Assembly (NCBI GenBank): GCA_937944885.1
Contig: CALFBB010000030.1
Coordinates: 2,077-66,076 of the forward strand
Direction: 5' to 3'
Origin: an uncultured cyanobacterium
GTDB lineage: Bacteria > Cyanobacteriota > Cyanobacteriia > Thermostichales > Thermostichaceae
DNA length: 64,000 nt
Below the pieces are notes generated by a model. It was not told the DNA's origin. It ran no database searches and was given only the letters and a program-made list of their open reading frames with translations. Made by a program: the position numbers and the translations under genes. Each line of letters begins with the position of its first letter. Within the stretch, counting starts at the first letter, position 1. This document shows positions 20,419 to 30,369 of the stretch, one piece after another.

Positions 20419-21021
20419 GTGAACGACTCCGCTTCTGTAGCTTGGCGAGCTCTGATCCAAGCAGCTCTGCACCGCAATCGCAGTGATCCCGGTGCGCGGT
20501 ATATTCAACTGGCTACGGTGGATCCCCAGGGACATCCTCGTAACCGCACCGTGGTATTTCGCGGCTTTCTTGGCAATAGTGAGCGAATCCTGATGGCAGT
20601 GGATAGCCGCAGTGAGAAGATCCACCACATTGCCCACCGACCGCAGGCCCAGATCTGTTGGTACTTCTGCAAAACCCGCGAGCAATTTCGGATTGCTGGC
20701 ACCCTGGAAACCATTGCTGCCGATCACCCCGATCCCCAAGCTCTAAAGCAGCGGTTGCAGCTGTGGCAACAGATCTCGGAAAAGGGGCGGCTGCTCTGGT
20801 TTTGGCCGGAACCCAAGGCCCCTCTGGCGCCGTCAGAGGCTTTTGTGCAAGAGTTGTCACCGGAACAGGCTATTCTGCCTCCGGATACTTTTGTGGCTTT
20901 GCTACTGGATCCAATGGAGGTGGATCATTTGCAACTGAAAGGGGATCAAGTCTATCCGCAGTTGCGAACACTGTATGAACGCTGCAAAAGCGGCTGGCAG
21001 CAGCGGCAGGTGAATCCTTAA
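20419..21021 (+). CDS. Pyridoxamine 5'-phosphate oxidase-like FMN-binding protein (cyanobacterial family)
   Basis: YIQLATVD...PRNRTVVFRGF, DSRSEK, WYFCKTREQFRI, VDHLQL. Confidence 0.85.
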   Translation: MNDSASVAWRALIQAALHRNRSDPGARYIQLATVDPQGHPRNRTVVFRGFLGNSERILMAVDSRSEKIHHIAHRPQAQICWYFCKTREQFRIAGTLETIAADHPDPQALKQRLQLWQQISEKGRLLWFWPEPKAPLAPSEAFVQELSPEQAILPPDTFVALLLDPMEVDHLQLKGDQVYPQLRTLYERCKSGWQQRQVNP

Positions 21022-21158
21022 ATGGCTTTGTCCAAGGGCTACTTGCCCGGGTGGGCTGCCCGTTATCTCTCAGGGTTTTTTGAGGGTGAAAGGGATTCCT
21101 GAGCTTGCTAGACAGATGGACGTGTTAACGTAGCTGAACAATCGCTGGTGCTCGATGC

Positions 21159-21806
21159 TTGCTAAGGCTGTTGGCAATGTATAGCCGTGTTGTTGCAGTG
21201 GCCCCAATGCTCTTTGTCTTGATTCGTGTGTTTTCGGTTTCTGCTGCCCAATCTGTTGCCGCTTTTCGAGTATTGCCTTTGCCTGTGTCTCTACCTGGCC
21301 TGCGGAAAAACAAGAGGTTATGGCAGGGATCCCTGCTACTGGCCACCAGTCTGGTTGTGATCGGTGGCCATGCTCATCGGCTGAGGGCACAGGCGCTAGA
21401 GGGGACGGTGCCAGAGGCGGGAGAAAACCTAAAGGAGCAGCTGGAATCCCCCTTGGAGCCAACCTTTCCTTCCCCGCCGGCCAGTACCCCTACCATCCGT
21501 ACCGGTCCCTTTCGGGTGGGCAATCGCACCCCTTATCCCATTCGCTTGGTGATTTTATTGCGGGCTGGCGAACGGCTGCTTAACCCAGAAACCGCCCATT
21601 GGGATTTTGCGCCTGGAGAAGGAGGCAGTGAGGGATTGGTGCTCAGCTTGGGGGAAGATCCCCTGCAAATTGGCCCCGGCGATATCGTGGTAGCCTTTAC
21701 CCTAGATGGCAGCCGCCGTTACTGGGGACCCAATGTGGTAGGAGAATCTCTGGCCCCCTTCTGGAATGCGGAGAGTGGTTCTTGGTCGATGATTCTGCAG
21801 CCCTAG
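21159..21806 (+). CDS. Conserved cyanobacterial exported hypothetical protein
   Basis: Hydrophobic leader, then RVGNRTPYPIR...HWDFAPGEGG.EGLVLSL...RRYWGP. Start uncertain. Confidence 0.6.
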   Translation: MLRLLAMYSRVVAVAPMLFVLIRVFSVSAAQSVAAFRVLPLPVSLPGLRKNKRLWQGSLLLATSLVVIGGHAHRLRAQALEGTVPEAGENLKEQLESPLEPTFPSPPASTPTIRTGPFRVGNRTPYPIRLVILLRAGERLLNPETAHWDFAPGEGGSEGLVLSLGEDPLQIGPGDIVVAFTLDGSRRYWGPNVVGESLAPFWNAESGSWSMILQP

Positions 21807-21842
21807 CGCTTGGGAGAAAATATAAATTAATAAATTATAATT

Positions 21843-22067
21843 ATGATAAATCTTTTGGGTGCTGCTGGAGCAATTGAAGCAGTTGCAACGATAAAAACTA
21901 TACAAACAGGGATTATACCCCCTACTATAAACTTGGAAAATCCTGATCCAGAGTGTGATCTTGATTATGTACCAAATAAAGCTATAGAATATCCTGTAGT
22001 ATACGCTCTTTCTAACTCTTTTGGCTTTGGTGGAGCAAATGCATGTCTCCTCTTCAAAAAACTTTGA
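21843..22067 (+). pseudogene. fabF: 3' fragment of beta-ketoacyl-ACP synthase II, foreign low-GC
   Basis: [10 protein letters not shown]...[21 protein letters not shown]...SNSFGFGG; only the last ~75 of ~410 aa; ~40% GC. Confidence 0.92.
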
Positions 22068-22658
22068 TGATCTTGAGAGGGCTTTAGGATATCATAGGAT
22101 ATCAATTTAAGGATAAGAGCTTACTTTTACAAGCTATTACCCATAAATCTTATCCAAGTGAACATGCCCTAAAAAACTACGAAACTTTGGAATTTCTTGG
22201 CGATTCTCTAATTAACTTTTTCGTAGTGGACCTTCTTATATCTGAATTTCCTGAAGCTTCCGAGGGCGAGCTTGCCATGATGAAATCCTACTTTATAAGC
22301 GAGGATTTTTTATACGAATTCGCTAAAAAGTTATCTTTGAACCTTTACCTTTTGATGGGTGGTAACAAAGAGAATAACAATATTAGTCCTTCCCTTTTAT
22401 CCGACACCTTCGAAGCCCTCTGGGCAGCCATATATCTTGACGGGGGAAGATCCGTAGATCAAACCAAATCCCTATTCTATAAGCTATACATTGCTACAAG
22501 AAGAGACGCAAGAAAGATGGAAGGATAGACCAACGTATCGTTTAATAAGTACTGAAGGGCCACATCACAGTAGAGTTTTTGAAATAGAATGCAGTATAAG
22601 AGAATACAGAGCAACGGCGAAGGGTAAAAGTAAAAAGATATCAGAAATAACGGTTTGA
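22060..22658 (+). pseudogene. rnc: Disrupted ribonuclease III, Aquificae-like, foreign low-GC
   Basis: Reconstructed: [10 protein letters not shown][10-bp duplication 22085-22104]QFKDKSLLLQAITHKSY...YETLEFLGD...FEALWAAIYLDGGR...FYKLY[deletion with frame change ~22490]LLQEETQERWKDRPTYRLISTEGPHH...GKSKK. ~35% GC in sampled lines; no start codon. Confidence 0.92.
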
Positions 22659-22669
22659 AGTTGAGCGGC

Positions 22670-24676
22670 TCATCGAGCCTGTGGGGAGCGGGTCTCCGCC
22701 GTCCCGAGCAGGTAGGTCCCGATGGATTCCAGACTAGGGGGATGAAGAAAGGGGATTTGCACCATGGGTTGCTGCGCCAGGTACTCAGGCAGCTGGGCCA
22801 GAAGCTTTTGCTGCCGCTCAGCTACCCTTTGTCCGAATTCATCCGACTGATCCAGCCAAATCCGGTTGAGCACGGCATAGGGATGGGGGATCCCTAATGC
22901 ATCCAGTTCGGCGAGCAACCGCTGGGTTTCCGCCAGCACCGCCTGTTCTGGGTTAAAAACCGGAATAAAAGTCACAAAGTGCGGATCTTGAAGTTGTTGC
23001 CGCAGTTGCCGCACCTGAGCCAATAATCCGCGCAAGCGCTGTGCCAATTCCGGTCTACCCACCACATCTCGATACTTCAACCACAGTTTCAAGGCCAAAC
23101 TCACCCATCCCTCCAGAGCTTGAGGCATCTGCAAAAACCGCAACATATGGCCGGTGGGAGCGGTATCCAGCACCACCAAATCAAACTGGCCGGCTGAGCT
23201 TTGCTCCAGCACCGTCAATAGTGCCATCACCTCATCCAAGCCAGGTGGGGGCATTTGCAACAGTTGTCGCCAGGCTTGCGGGTCGTATTGCACCTCCACT
23301 CCAGGGGTTGATTCTCCGGCCAAAATGGCCACAATATCCTCTAGGTAGTCCTGTCGGAATTGCTCCAGCACTATTGCCGCGTCAATCTCTTGCCCCATTA
23401 GGTTGGGCAATAACGGCAGGGGATCCTGACCCAACTTCACCGTGAACAGATCCCCCAAAGAATGGGCCGGATCAATCGAAACCAACAACAGCTGCTTCTC
23501 AGGATGTCGCTTGGCCAGGTTCCAGGCCAGTGCCCCAGCTACTGTTGTTTTGCCTACACCCCCCTTACCTCCCGTCAGAGCCAGCCGGATCCCTTGGGCA
23601 AGGAGATCGGGAATATACAGCTTGCTATCCAGCTTGATCGGGATCCCTTTTGAAGGGGCCGGCTCAACCTTAACCTCAGTAACCTCAGGCAGATCCCGCA
23701 GCGGTAATAATTGAGTTACCAAATCATCCAGAGCAACAGCGCCAATTGGCTCCTGTAATTGGTAAGGCACAACCCAAATGGGGTAGTCGGGTAAACCTTC
23801 CGTAAGGGCCCTCAGCAGACGCTGTTGTTCCTGCTGTCGGGCTTGGTAGAGAGGAGAGGGCTGCCGGGATCCCAGCAAAACCTGATTGACGAGGATCCCG
23901 CCGATGGGTAAGCGGCGCTGCTGCAATTGCTGACAAAAACGCCGGGTTTCCTCCAGGCTCAAATGCTCCGGGAGCATCACTAGCCAGACCGAAGTCGTGT
24001 CAGGATCCGTCAGCCGCGCTTTTCCAGCTTGGAGTTCCCCTTGCAGTTGGGCCAGAAAGGCATCTGCTTCATCCGCTCGGTAGGTGCCCGTTAAGGCTTG
24101 GGAGAGTTCTCGATGCTTGGCTTGAAAGGTAGCAAAAACCGCCAGCAAGTTGTCCAAAAAGTCCGGTAACTCCAGCAGGCGCAGGGTATGTCCGGTGGGA
24201 GCAGTATCCAGAATAACCGTGCCGATTTCTCCACCCGCCAGCAGCCGATTCACCTCCAAAATCGCCATTAGCTCATCCACCCCCGGCCAGGCCAAATCCC
24301 AAACCGGCAGCAGATCCTCCCGACCAAACCAACTGCCGCGCTCGGCGATTAGTTCCAGTGCTGCCCCATAGGTTTGCTTAAAGGCTGCCAGCAGCACCTC
24401 AGCTTGTAGAGCACGCACCTGCAAATTGGGGCAATCGGGCAAAGGCTGAGCCCGATCTGTAACCGGTATATCCAGCACATCCCCTAAGGAATGGGCCGGA
24501 TCTGTCGAGATTAGTAGAATGGAGCGCTGCGGCTCTGCCCGTGCCAGTTGGCGAGCCAAAGCACAGGTAAGAGTTGTTTTGCCCACTCCACCCTTGCCGC
24601 TGAACAGAACCAGGTGGTGAGAAGTGGGAATCAAAGGAGAATGGGACGCTGTCCCGCCGACGCGATCAAGTTGCAA
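22670..24676 (-). CDS. ArsA/Get3 (TRC40) family ATPase with two tandem ATPase domains
   Basis: Two GKGGVGKTT motifs, two (S)(T/I)DPAHSLGD motifs, two DTAPTGH switch motifs. Confidence 0.92.
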   Translation of the reverse strand: MQLDRVGGTASHSPLIPTSHHLVLFSGKGGVGKTTLTCALARQLARAEPQRSILLISTDPAHSLGDVLDIPVTDRAQPLPDCPNLQVRALQAEVLLAAFKQTYGAALELIAERGSWFGREDLLPVWDLAWPGVDELMAILEVNRLLAGGEIGTVILDTAPTGHTLRLLELPDFLDNLLAVFATFQAKHRELSQALTGTYRADEADAFLAQLQGELQAGKARLTDPDTTSVWLVMLPEHLSLEETRRFCQQLQQRRLPIGGILVNQVLLGSRQPSPLYQARQQEQQRLLRALTEGLPDYPIWVVPYQLQEPIGAVALDDLVTQLLPLRDLPEVTEVKVEPAPSKGIPIKLDSKLYIPDLLAQGIRLALTGGKGGVGKTTVAGALAWNLAKRHPEKQLLLVSIDPAHSLGDLFTVKLGQDPLPLLPNLMGQEIDAAIVLEQFRQDYLEDIVAILAGESTPGVEVQYDPQAWRQLLQMPPPGLDEVMALLTVLEQSSAGQFDLVVLDTAPTGHMLRFLQMPQALEGWVSLALKLWLKYRDVVGRPELAQRLRGLLAQVRQLRQQLQDPHFVTFIPVFNPEQAVLAETQRLLAELDALGIPHPYAVLNRIWLDQSDEFGQRVAERQQKLLAQLPEYLAQQPMVQIPFLHPPSLESIGTYLLGTAETRSPQAR

Positions 24677-24767
24677 AGGGATCCCTGCAGTTGTGGGTTA
24701 CCCCTATTTTGGCTCTATTTTGGCGGTGATCTCCCCTAGACCAGAGTCCAGGAGAAAAGATTCAAGA

Positions 24768-26594
24768 TCAGCGAAAGATCATCTCGGCAACAGCCTCAAA
24801 ACCCGCATCCAACAGCTGGTCCAAAACCGACTGAGCTTGGCTGCGGCTATCGTAGAGACCGGCCTGAAGCACCTTTCTACCGTTGAAAACGGTTTCCACT
24901 GCCTCGGGGATAAGCTGTTGCAAGCGGCGCAGATCGTCACCGCTTTTCGGGGTCACTAAGATGCGAAACTGAGTAGCGGCATCAGCAGCAGCTACCGCAG
25001 TTGCTGAAGGAGCTGTGGATACGGTAGGCGCGGCTTGCGATTGGCGCTGGGCAGGCGGGGGCAACAGGGTGGTGATGTCCCTCAGAGGCGCCCTGCTAGG
25101 GGAGGTAGCCACCGGCTGGGCAGGGGTGGTGGAGCCATCCGGTGTGAAGGGAACAGGCCTAAACTCCTGGGCTTGGGGCAGGGGAGCAGCTTCACTAGCC
25201 GTTGCGGGGGCTGTAGGTTCTGCCCCACCGGCAGCAGGTAAAACCCGTCCACCGGATCCCGATCCCGGCTTCAGAGTGCCTTGGGCTGCATCTGTGGGGG
25301 GAATTGCCGTGGGGGAAGTGGTCTCCGGAACCGTCAGGGTTGGCAAGGTGGGAGTTGCTGCTGTTGAAGGGGCTGCCGCCGCCGGCTCAGGAGCAGCCGG
25401 TAAAGTAGGGGTGCTGGGTAAGGAAAGGGCCCCAGGAGCAATCGGATTGGGAGCAGCAGTGGGAGCAGCAGCAACAGTGGTTTGGCCCGCCAGATCCAAG
25501 TCCCCTTTGGTTTGGCCCCGCAACAGGTTGCCGTTGGCATTGATGCGCAGGCCGCGGGTGGAATTGTTGATGTCGTACTGGCCATTGCCTTCAAAGATGT
25601 TGTTGCCGGGATCCGCAGCCGTACCCAAATCCGGCAGCGCAGTGGTGATGGCGATAAGACCCGTTTCCAGATTCTGAGCAATGAGGTTGTTGCGCAGTAT
25701 TGGCTTTGCACTCCCTCCGACAATTACACCAGTGCGATTTTGCAGAATACGATTGTTGCGCACAATTGCAGCAGAGCGCTGATCCAGAGTCAGACCAAAG
25801 CCGGTTTCTTGGAATAAATTGTTGACAATGGTAGGCTGAGAGGTACCCAAGACAGAAATGCCGTTAGCCCCATTCTGGTAGAAGCGATTGCCCTCTATCC
25901 AGGGATTGGAAGCACCGGTGACGAAAATACCATCGTGGATGCTGCCGACAAAGCTGTTATTAAGAATGCGCGGAGAAGCCGACTCAACCCAGAGGGCGTA
26001 GCCTCGCCGCCCCTGATTGCGTATGGAGACGCCCCGCACTTCTGCCCCTGTTTCCGCCAACACAGTGACGTTTTGCCGAGCCACCGTCGGGCTGATGTAA
26101 GTACCCCCTCCGGTAATCAGGTAACCTTCTCCCAACTTGGATTCATCACCCCGTAAGATCAGACCGGCCTTAAGACGAATGGGGAAAACCTCTCCACTCT
26201 GCTCGCTGTATACCCCTGGAAAAAGCTGAATGATGGTGCCGGAAGAGGCGCGTTGAACCGCATGGGTGATGGTTTGGAAGGGGTTCTCCCGGGATCCATC
26301 CCCACGGGTATCGCTGCCCTTGGCCGCATCTACAAAAATAGTCGGGCGATTGTCGGGAAGGGGCGGAGCACTGGGTAAGGTTTGCTCCCCAGAAATACCT
26401 GTATCCAGTGAAGTTTGTGCCCAGCTAGGATCAAAACCTGTTGCTAGCAGTAAGGTAGTGCTCAGCAGTAACGAAGAGGTGAGGCGCCGAACCCTTTGCA
26501 CACACAAGAGTAAGGATCTGTCGGTCATCCGCTGGCCAGACCATGAAGAGACCCACGAAGAGATCACAGAAGAGAGCATCGTTGTCACCCTCAC
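24768..26594 (-). CDS. DUF1565 / right-handed beta-helix exported protein with C-terminal SPOR-like domain
   Basis: G.D...G.GSRENPFQTITHA, PGVYSEQSGEVFPI, parallel beta-helix repeats, Pro/Ala linker, LQAGLYDSR.QA C-terminus. Start uncertain. Confidence 0.8.
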   Translation of the reverse strand: MRVTTMLSSVISSWVSSWSGQRMTDRSLLLCVQRVRRLTSSLLLSTTLLLATGFDPSWAQTSLDTGISGEQTLPSAPPLPDNRPTIFVDAAKGSDTRGDGSRENPFQTITHAVQRASSGTIIQLFPGVYSEQSGEVFPIRLKAGLILRGDESKLGEGYLITGGGTYISPTVARQNVTVLAETGAEVRGVSIRNQGRRGYALWVESASPRILNNSFVGSIHDGIFVTGASNPWIEGNRFYQNGANGISVLGTSQPTIVNNLFQETGFGLTLDQRSAAIVRNNRILQNRTGVIVGGSAKPILRNNLIAQNLETGLIAITTALPDLGTAADPGNNIFEGNGQYDINNSTRGLRINANGNLLRGQTKGDLDLAGQTTVAAAPTAAPNPIAPGALSLPSTPTLPAAPEPAAAAPSTAATPTLPTLTVPETTSPTAIPPTDAAQGTLKPGSGSGGRVLPAAGGAEPTAPATASEAAPLPQAQEFRPVPFTPDGSTTPAQPVATSPSRAPLRDITTLLPPPAQRQSQAAPTVSTAPSATAVAAADAATQFRILVTPKSGDDLRRLQQLIPEAVETVFNGRKVLQAGLYDSRSQAQSVLDQLLDAGFEAVAEMIFR

Positions 26595-26749
26595 ACCGGG
26601 TTGAGCTAGAGAAGGAAAGTCGAGGTTATCCTAACAAACCTAGGGGAGAAGAGCCTGCCCTACCCCTCAGCCCCAGATACGGAGAAACGCAGGCTTCTTT
26701 TCCAAAGCCAACGCTAGCCCTAGTGTATCATCTTGCCTCTGAGGAGCCC

Positions 26750-27889
26750 ATGACCGCCGAACCATTTGCCTCTAAGTTTCTTGCTTTCGACTCTGACGCT
26801 GCCTCTGCCGATTTCAGGTTAAAAGCGGTGGTGAACCTAGTGTTGCTAGGGATCCTGACAGGACTGCTGGGTCTGGCCTTGTTCTTGGATCAGCAGGGAT
26901 GGGGTTGGCTGGCGGTACTAGGGCTTTTGGGTCTGGCGGGTTGGTGGGGGTGGCCACTTTGGATTGGGGCGGGACGCAGTCTTTGGCAGCAGTTGTGCAC
27001 CTGGCCGCGTTCTCTGTGGATGGGGGTAGCCCTTAGCTTGGCCGGAGTCGGGGGAATAGCTCTCAGTGGGGTCTTCTCGCGGCTGGGATCCCTAAGCTGG
27101 GAAGCGATTGGGGCGCTGGGGGAGGTATTTGGAGCAACAGGACAGATCCTGATTGCCATTTTGGCCGCCTACATTGCCTGGAGACAGTACATTATCTCTC
27201 GGGACCTGACCATTCAGCAGAATATCATCACCCAGCAGCAGACCATTGATGCTTATTTTGAGGGAATCTCCGGTTTGGTTTTGGCTCCGGATGGCCAACT
27301 GGATGATTGGCCCCTAGAACGGTCTATTGCTGCTGGACGCACCGCTGCTCTGTTAAACGGGGTAGATCGCTTCGGCAAGGCCAAGATCCTGCGCTTCCTT
27401 TCTACGGCCAATTTGCTTAGCCCCCTACGACGGGATGAACATCTGGGTCGCCCCATTTTGGATGGCAAAGGAGGCTACCAACGGGATCGCCTGCACGGGA
27501 TCCGCGTCATTAACCTAGGTCGGATGCTGGAAGGAGCTGATTTGCATGGAACCCAACTGCGGGCCGTTGATCTGAGTGAAGCCAGCCTGGAGGGTGCCAA
27601 CCTGCGCGACTGTGATCTCAGCCACGCCAACCTGTGTGGCGCCAACCTTTGCTGCGCGGATTTGCGGGGCGCAGATCTGCACCGGGCTTTGTTGTTTGTG
27701 GGATCCCTAGAAACAGCCTCTCCGGCTCAACCGGGACAAAAACCGGATTTCAAAACCGGCGCCTACACGGGTGCCATTGTGGCGGGGGCCGATTTTCGCC
27801 ATACCCGTCGTCTTTCTCCAGAACAACGAGCTTACCTGACCGCTTGGGGAGCCCGACTGAGCCCGGAGCTCCACCCGCAAGCCCTTTAG
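26750..27889 (+). CDS. Membrane protein with pentapeptide repeats
   Basis: GAGGAG 3 nt before ATG 26750; several TM helices; A(D/N)Lxx repeats (ADLHGTQLRAVDLSEASLEGANLRDCDLSHANL). Confidence 0.85.
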   Translation: MTAEPFASKFLAFDSDAASADFRLKAVVNLVLLGILTGLLGLALFLDQQGWGWLAVLGLLGLAGWWGWPLWIGAGRSLWQQLCTWPRSLWMGVALSLAGVGGIALSGVFSRLGSLSWEAIGALGEVFGATGQILIAILAAYIAWRQYIISRDLTIQQNIITQQQTIDAYFEGISGLVLAPDGQLDDWPLERSIAAGRTAALLNGVDRFGKAKILRFLSTANLLSPLRRDEHLGRPILDGKGGYQRDRLHGIRVINLGRMLEGADLHGTQLRAVDLSEASLEGANLRDCDLSHANLCGANLCCADLRGADLHRALLFVGSLETASPAQPGQKPDFKTGAYTGAIVAGADFRHTRRLSPEQRAYLTAWGARLSPELHPQAL

Positions 27890-27910
27890 CCTGCGGAAGC
27901 CTAGGCTAGA

Positions 27911-29047
27911 GTGAATGGCCGATGCCTTTGGAGGATGGCCGGGTTGCTGACCAAGTTCTGGTTGTTGGAGCGCTACCTGTTTGCACAGATGCTCACTCCG
28001 GTGCTGGCCGGTGTAGCAGGAGGAACCATGCTGCTGCTGGTGGGTCGGCTGTTTACCCTGGCAGAACGACTGGTGGAAGGATCCGTCCCGCCATTGATGG
28101 TGTTGCGCCTTCTGCTTCTGGATATGCCGGAGATGGTAGTGCTGGGGATGCCAATTGCCGCTTTTTTTGCCACCATGCTCACCTTGGGCAAGCTGAGCGG
28201 CAACAACGAGATTACTGCCCTGCGGGCTGCCGGGATCCCGTTTACGCGCATTTTCAGGCCGCTGTTGTGGGTGGGATTAACCATGAGCCTGAGCGCTTTT
28301 GTGATCAGTAATGTCCTGCTGCCGGCCAGTAAGCAGCAGATCCGCCAGATCGATCAACAGGCGCTCCTAACCCAAGTCACCAGCCCGGTTCAGTACGATG
28401 TTTTCTTCAAAACCGAAGACAACCTCTGGTTTTTTATTCGGCAGGTGGATCCGCGCCTCAACACCATGCAGGATGTAGCCGTATTGCGGGTGGATCCCTT
28501 GCCGGGAGGGAAATACCAGTTGGTAGAAGTAACGCTAGCTGCTCAGGCAGTGTGGAATGGGTTGGAGTGGAGCTTAATCGAAGGGGTGCACCACCTCTAT
28601 GGCCCTGCCGGTACCAGCCTTGCCGAGCAGCCTTTTCATCGTCAGCCTTTGCAGGTGTCTCAGGATTTGGCCACCCTAATGCAGCCACCCGTTCCCCCCA
28701 ACGAGTTGAGCTTGCCGGAATTGGCGGAGCGGATTACTCGGTTGGCCCGCTCCAACCTGAATACCCAAGCTTTGCGCACCGAGTTGCACATGCGCTTTTC
28801 TCTGCCTTTGGCCAGTTTTTTTGCCGTGTTAATTTCTCTACCTTTGGGCTCCAGCACAGCCCGGCAGGTGGGGCGCTACGGCGGTGTGGTGTTCGGCATT
28901 TTACTGGTGTTTGGTTACTACGTTGTTTTGAGTGTGTCCCGCAGCCTGGGGGAAGCTGGGGCTTTGCCCCCTTGGGCAGCCGCTTGGAGCTTTAATATCC
29001 TGTTTGGCGGCATCGGCATGCTGTTGTTGGCCCGTTTCCTGCGCTGA
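27911..29047 (+). CDS. LptF/LptG (YjgP/YjgQ) LPS export permease
   Basis: LSGNNEITALRAAGI, periplasmic beta-jellyroll region, RFSLPLASFFAVLISLPLG, PPWAAAW. Confidence 0.9.
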   Translation: MNGRCLWRMAGLLTKFWLLERYLFAQMLTPVLAGVAGGTMLLLVGRLFTLAERLVEGSVPPLMVLRLLLLDMPEMVVLGMPIAAFFATMLTLGKLSGNNEITALRAAGIPFTRIFRPLLWVGLTMSLSAFVISNVLLPASKQQIRQIDQQALLTQVTSPVQYDVFFKTEDNLWFFIRQVDPRLNTMQDVAVLRVDPLPGGKYQLVEVTLAAQAVWNGLEWSLIEGVHHLYGPAGTSLAEQPFHRQPLQVSQDLATLMQPPVPPNELSLPELAERITRLARSNLNTQALRTELHMRFSLPLASFFAVLISLPLGSSTARQVGRYGGVVFGILLVFGYYVVLSVSRSLGEAGALPPWAAAWSFNILFGGIGMLLLARFLR

Positions 29048-29122
29048 ACAACACCCCAAATTCCTCCTCAGGTCTTGCCATCCTGTCTACACTGGAGAAA
29101 CCGATAAAGACGGGATCCCTCT

Positions 29123-30211
29123 ATGCGAATCGGTGTGCCCAAAGAGATCAAAGAGCAGGAGTTTCGGGTGGGGTTAACCCCGGCAGCGGTGCGGGCACTG
29201 TGCGAACAGGGGCATCAGGTCTGGGTCGAAACTCAAGCAGGGGAGGGAGCAGGCTTTAGTGACGAAGATTACCTGAAAGCAGGGGCCAAGCTGACCACCA
29301 CCCCGCAAGAGATTTACCAGCAGGAGATGGTGGTCAAGGTGAAAGAGCCTCTACCTGCCGAGTATCCTTTGCTGCATCCCGATTTGATTCTGTTTACCTA
29401 TTTGCACCTGGCTGCTAGCCGTGAGCTGACCTTGGCCTTGATGCAATCGGGAGCCACCTGTATCGCTTATGAGACGGTGGAATTGGCGGATGGATCCCTG
29501 CCTTTGCTCATGCCCATGAGCGCCATTGCCGGGCGCCTGTCGGTGCAGTTTGGCGCCCATTACCTCACCCGTCAACAGGGGGGACGTGGCGTGTTGCTAG
29601 GCGGGATCCCTGGGGTATCACCAGGGCGAGTGGTCATCTTGGGTGGGGGCACAGTGGGTACAGAAGCCGCCAAAATGGCCGTAGGCTTGGGGGCACGGGT
29701 ACAAATTCTAGATATCAATCTGCATCGCCTCAACGAGCTGGAGCTGATTTTTGGATCCCGGGTTGAACTGATCTACAGCACCGGCCAAAGCGTGGAAGAT
29801 TGTGTCAAGAATGCTGATCTGCTGGTGGGCGCGGTATTGGTGCCGGGCAGCCGGGCCCCGGTTTTGGTGACCGAAGCAGTGGTGGCCCAAATGCGGCCCC
29901 GTTCCTTGATTGTGGATGTGGCGGTGGATCAGGGGGGCTGTATTGCCACAACCCGGGTCACCACCCATGCCCAGCCGGTCTACGAAGTCCATGGAGTGCT
30001 GCACTACGGTGTGGCCAATATGCCAGGGGCCGTTCCCTGGACCTCTACCCAAGCCCTGGTCAATGCCACCCTGCCTTACATTCTCAAACTGGCCCACTTG
30101 GGCTTACCAACAGCTCTAGAAGAGGATCCGGCCCTGGCTAAAGGGTTGAACATCAAGGCTGGAAAGTTAATCCATCCGGCGGTACAGGCCACCTTCCCCG
30201 ATTTGTCGTAG
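29123..30211 (+). CDS. ald: Alanine dehydrogenase
   Basis: IGVPKEIKEQEFRVGLTP, VKVKEP, FTYLHLA, IAYETV, MSAIAGR, GGGTVG, DVAVDQGG, YGVANMPGA. Confidence 0.97.
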   Translation: MRIGVPKEIKEQEFRVGLTPAAVRALCEQGHQVWVETQAGEGAGFSDEDYLKAGAKLTTTPQEIYQQEMVVKVKEPLPAEYPLLHPDLILFTYLHLAASRELTLALMQSGATCIAYETVELADGSLPLLMPMSAIAGRLSVQFGAHYLTRQQGGRGVLLGGIPGVSPGRVVILGGGTVGTEAAKMAVGLGARVQILDINLHRLNELELIFGSRVELIYSTGQSVEDCVKNADLLVGAVLVPGSRAPVLVTEAVVAQMRPRSLIVDVAVDQGGCIATTRVTTHAQPVYEVHGVLHYGVANMPGAVPWTSTQALVNATLPYILKLAHLGLPTALEEDPALAKGLNIKAGKLIHPAVQATFPDLS

Positions 30212-30369
30212 CACACTCCTAAGGCTAACCCTACAGGCACAACGTGAGCTTTTCCAGCCTTTGCGCCTCTACTAGCACCCTGGCGCAAACGACTTGTGAC
30301 TGACACCAATGCGTTTTATGGTGCTCCACAGTAAGGCCGGCTATGCCTAACTCCCTCTCTAATCGGCAA

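Noticed and set aside
21811-22658. Low-GC insert as a mobile element or functional fatty-acid/RNase operon
   Set aside because: No transposase, terminal repeats or target duplication; both genes are truncated or frameshifted.
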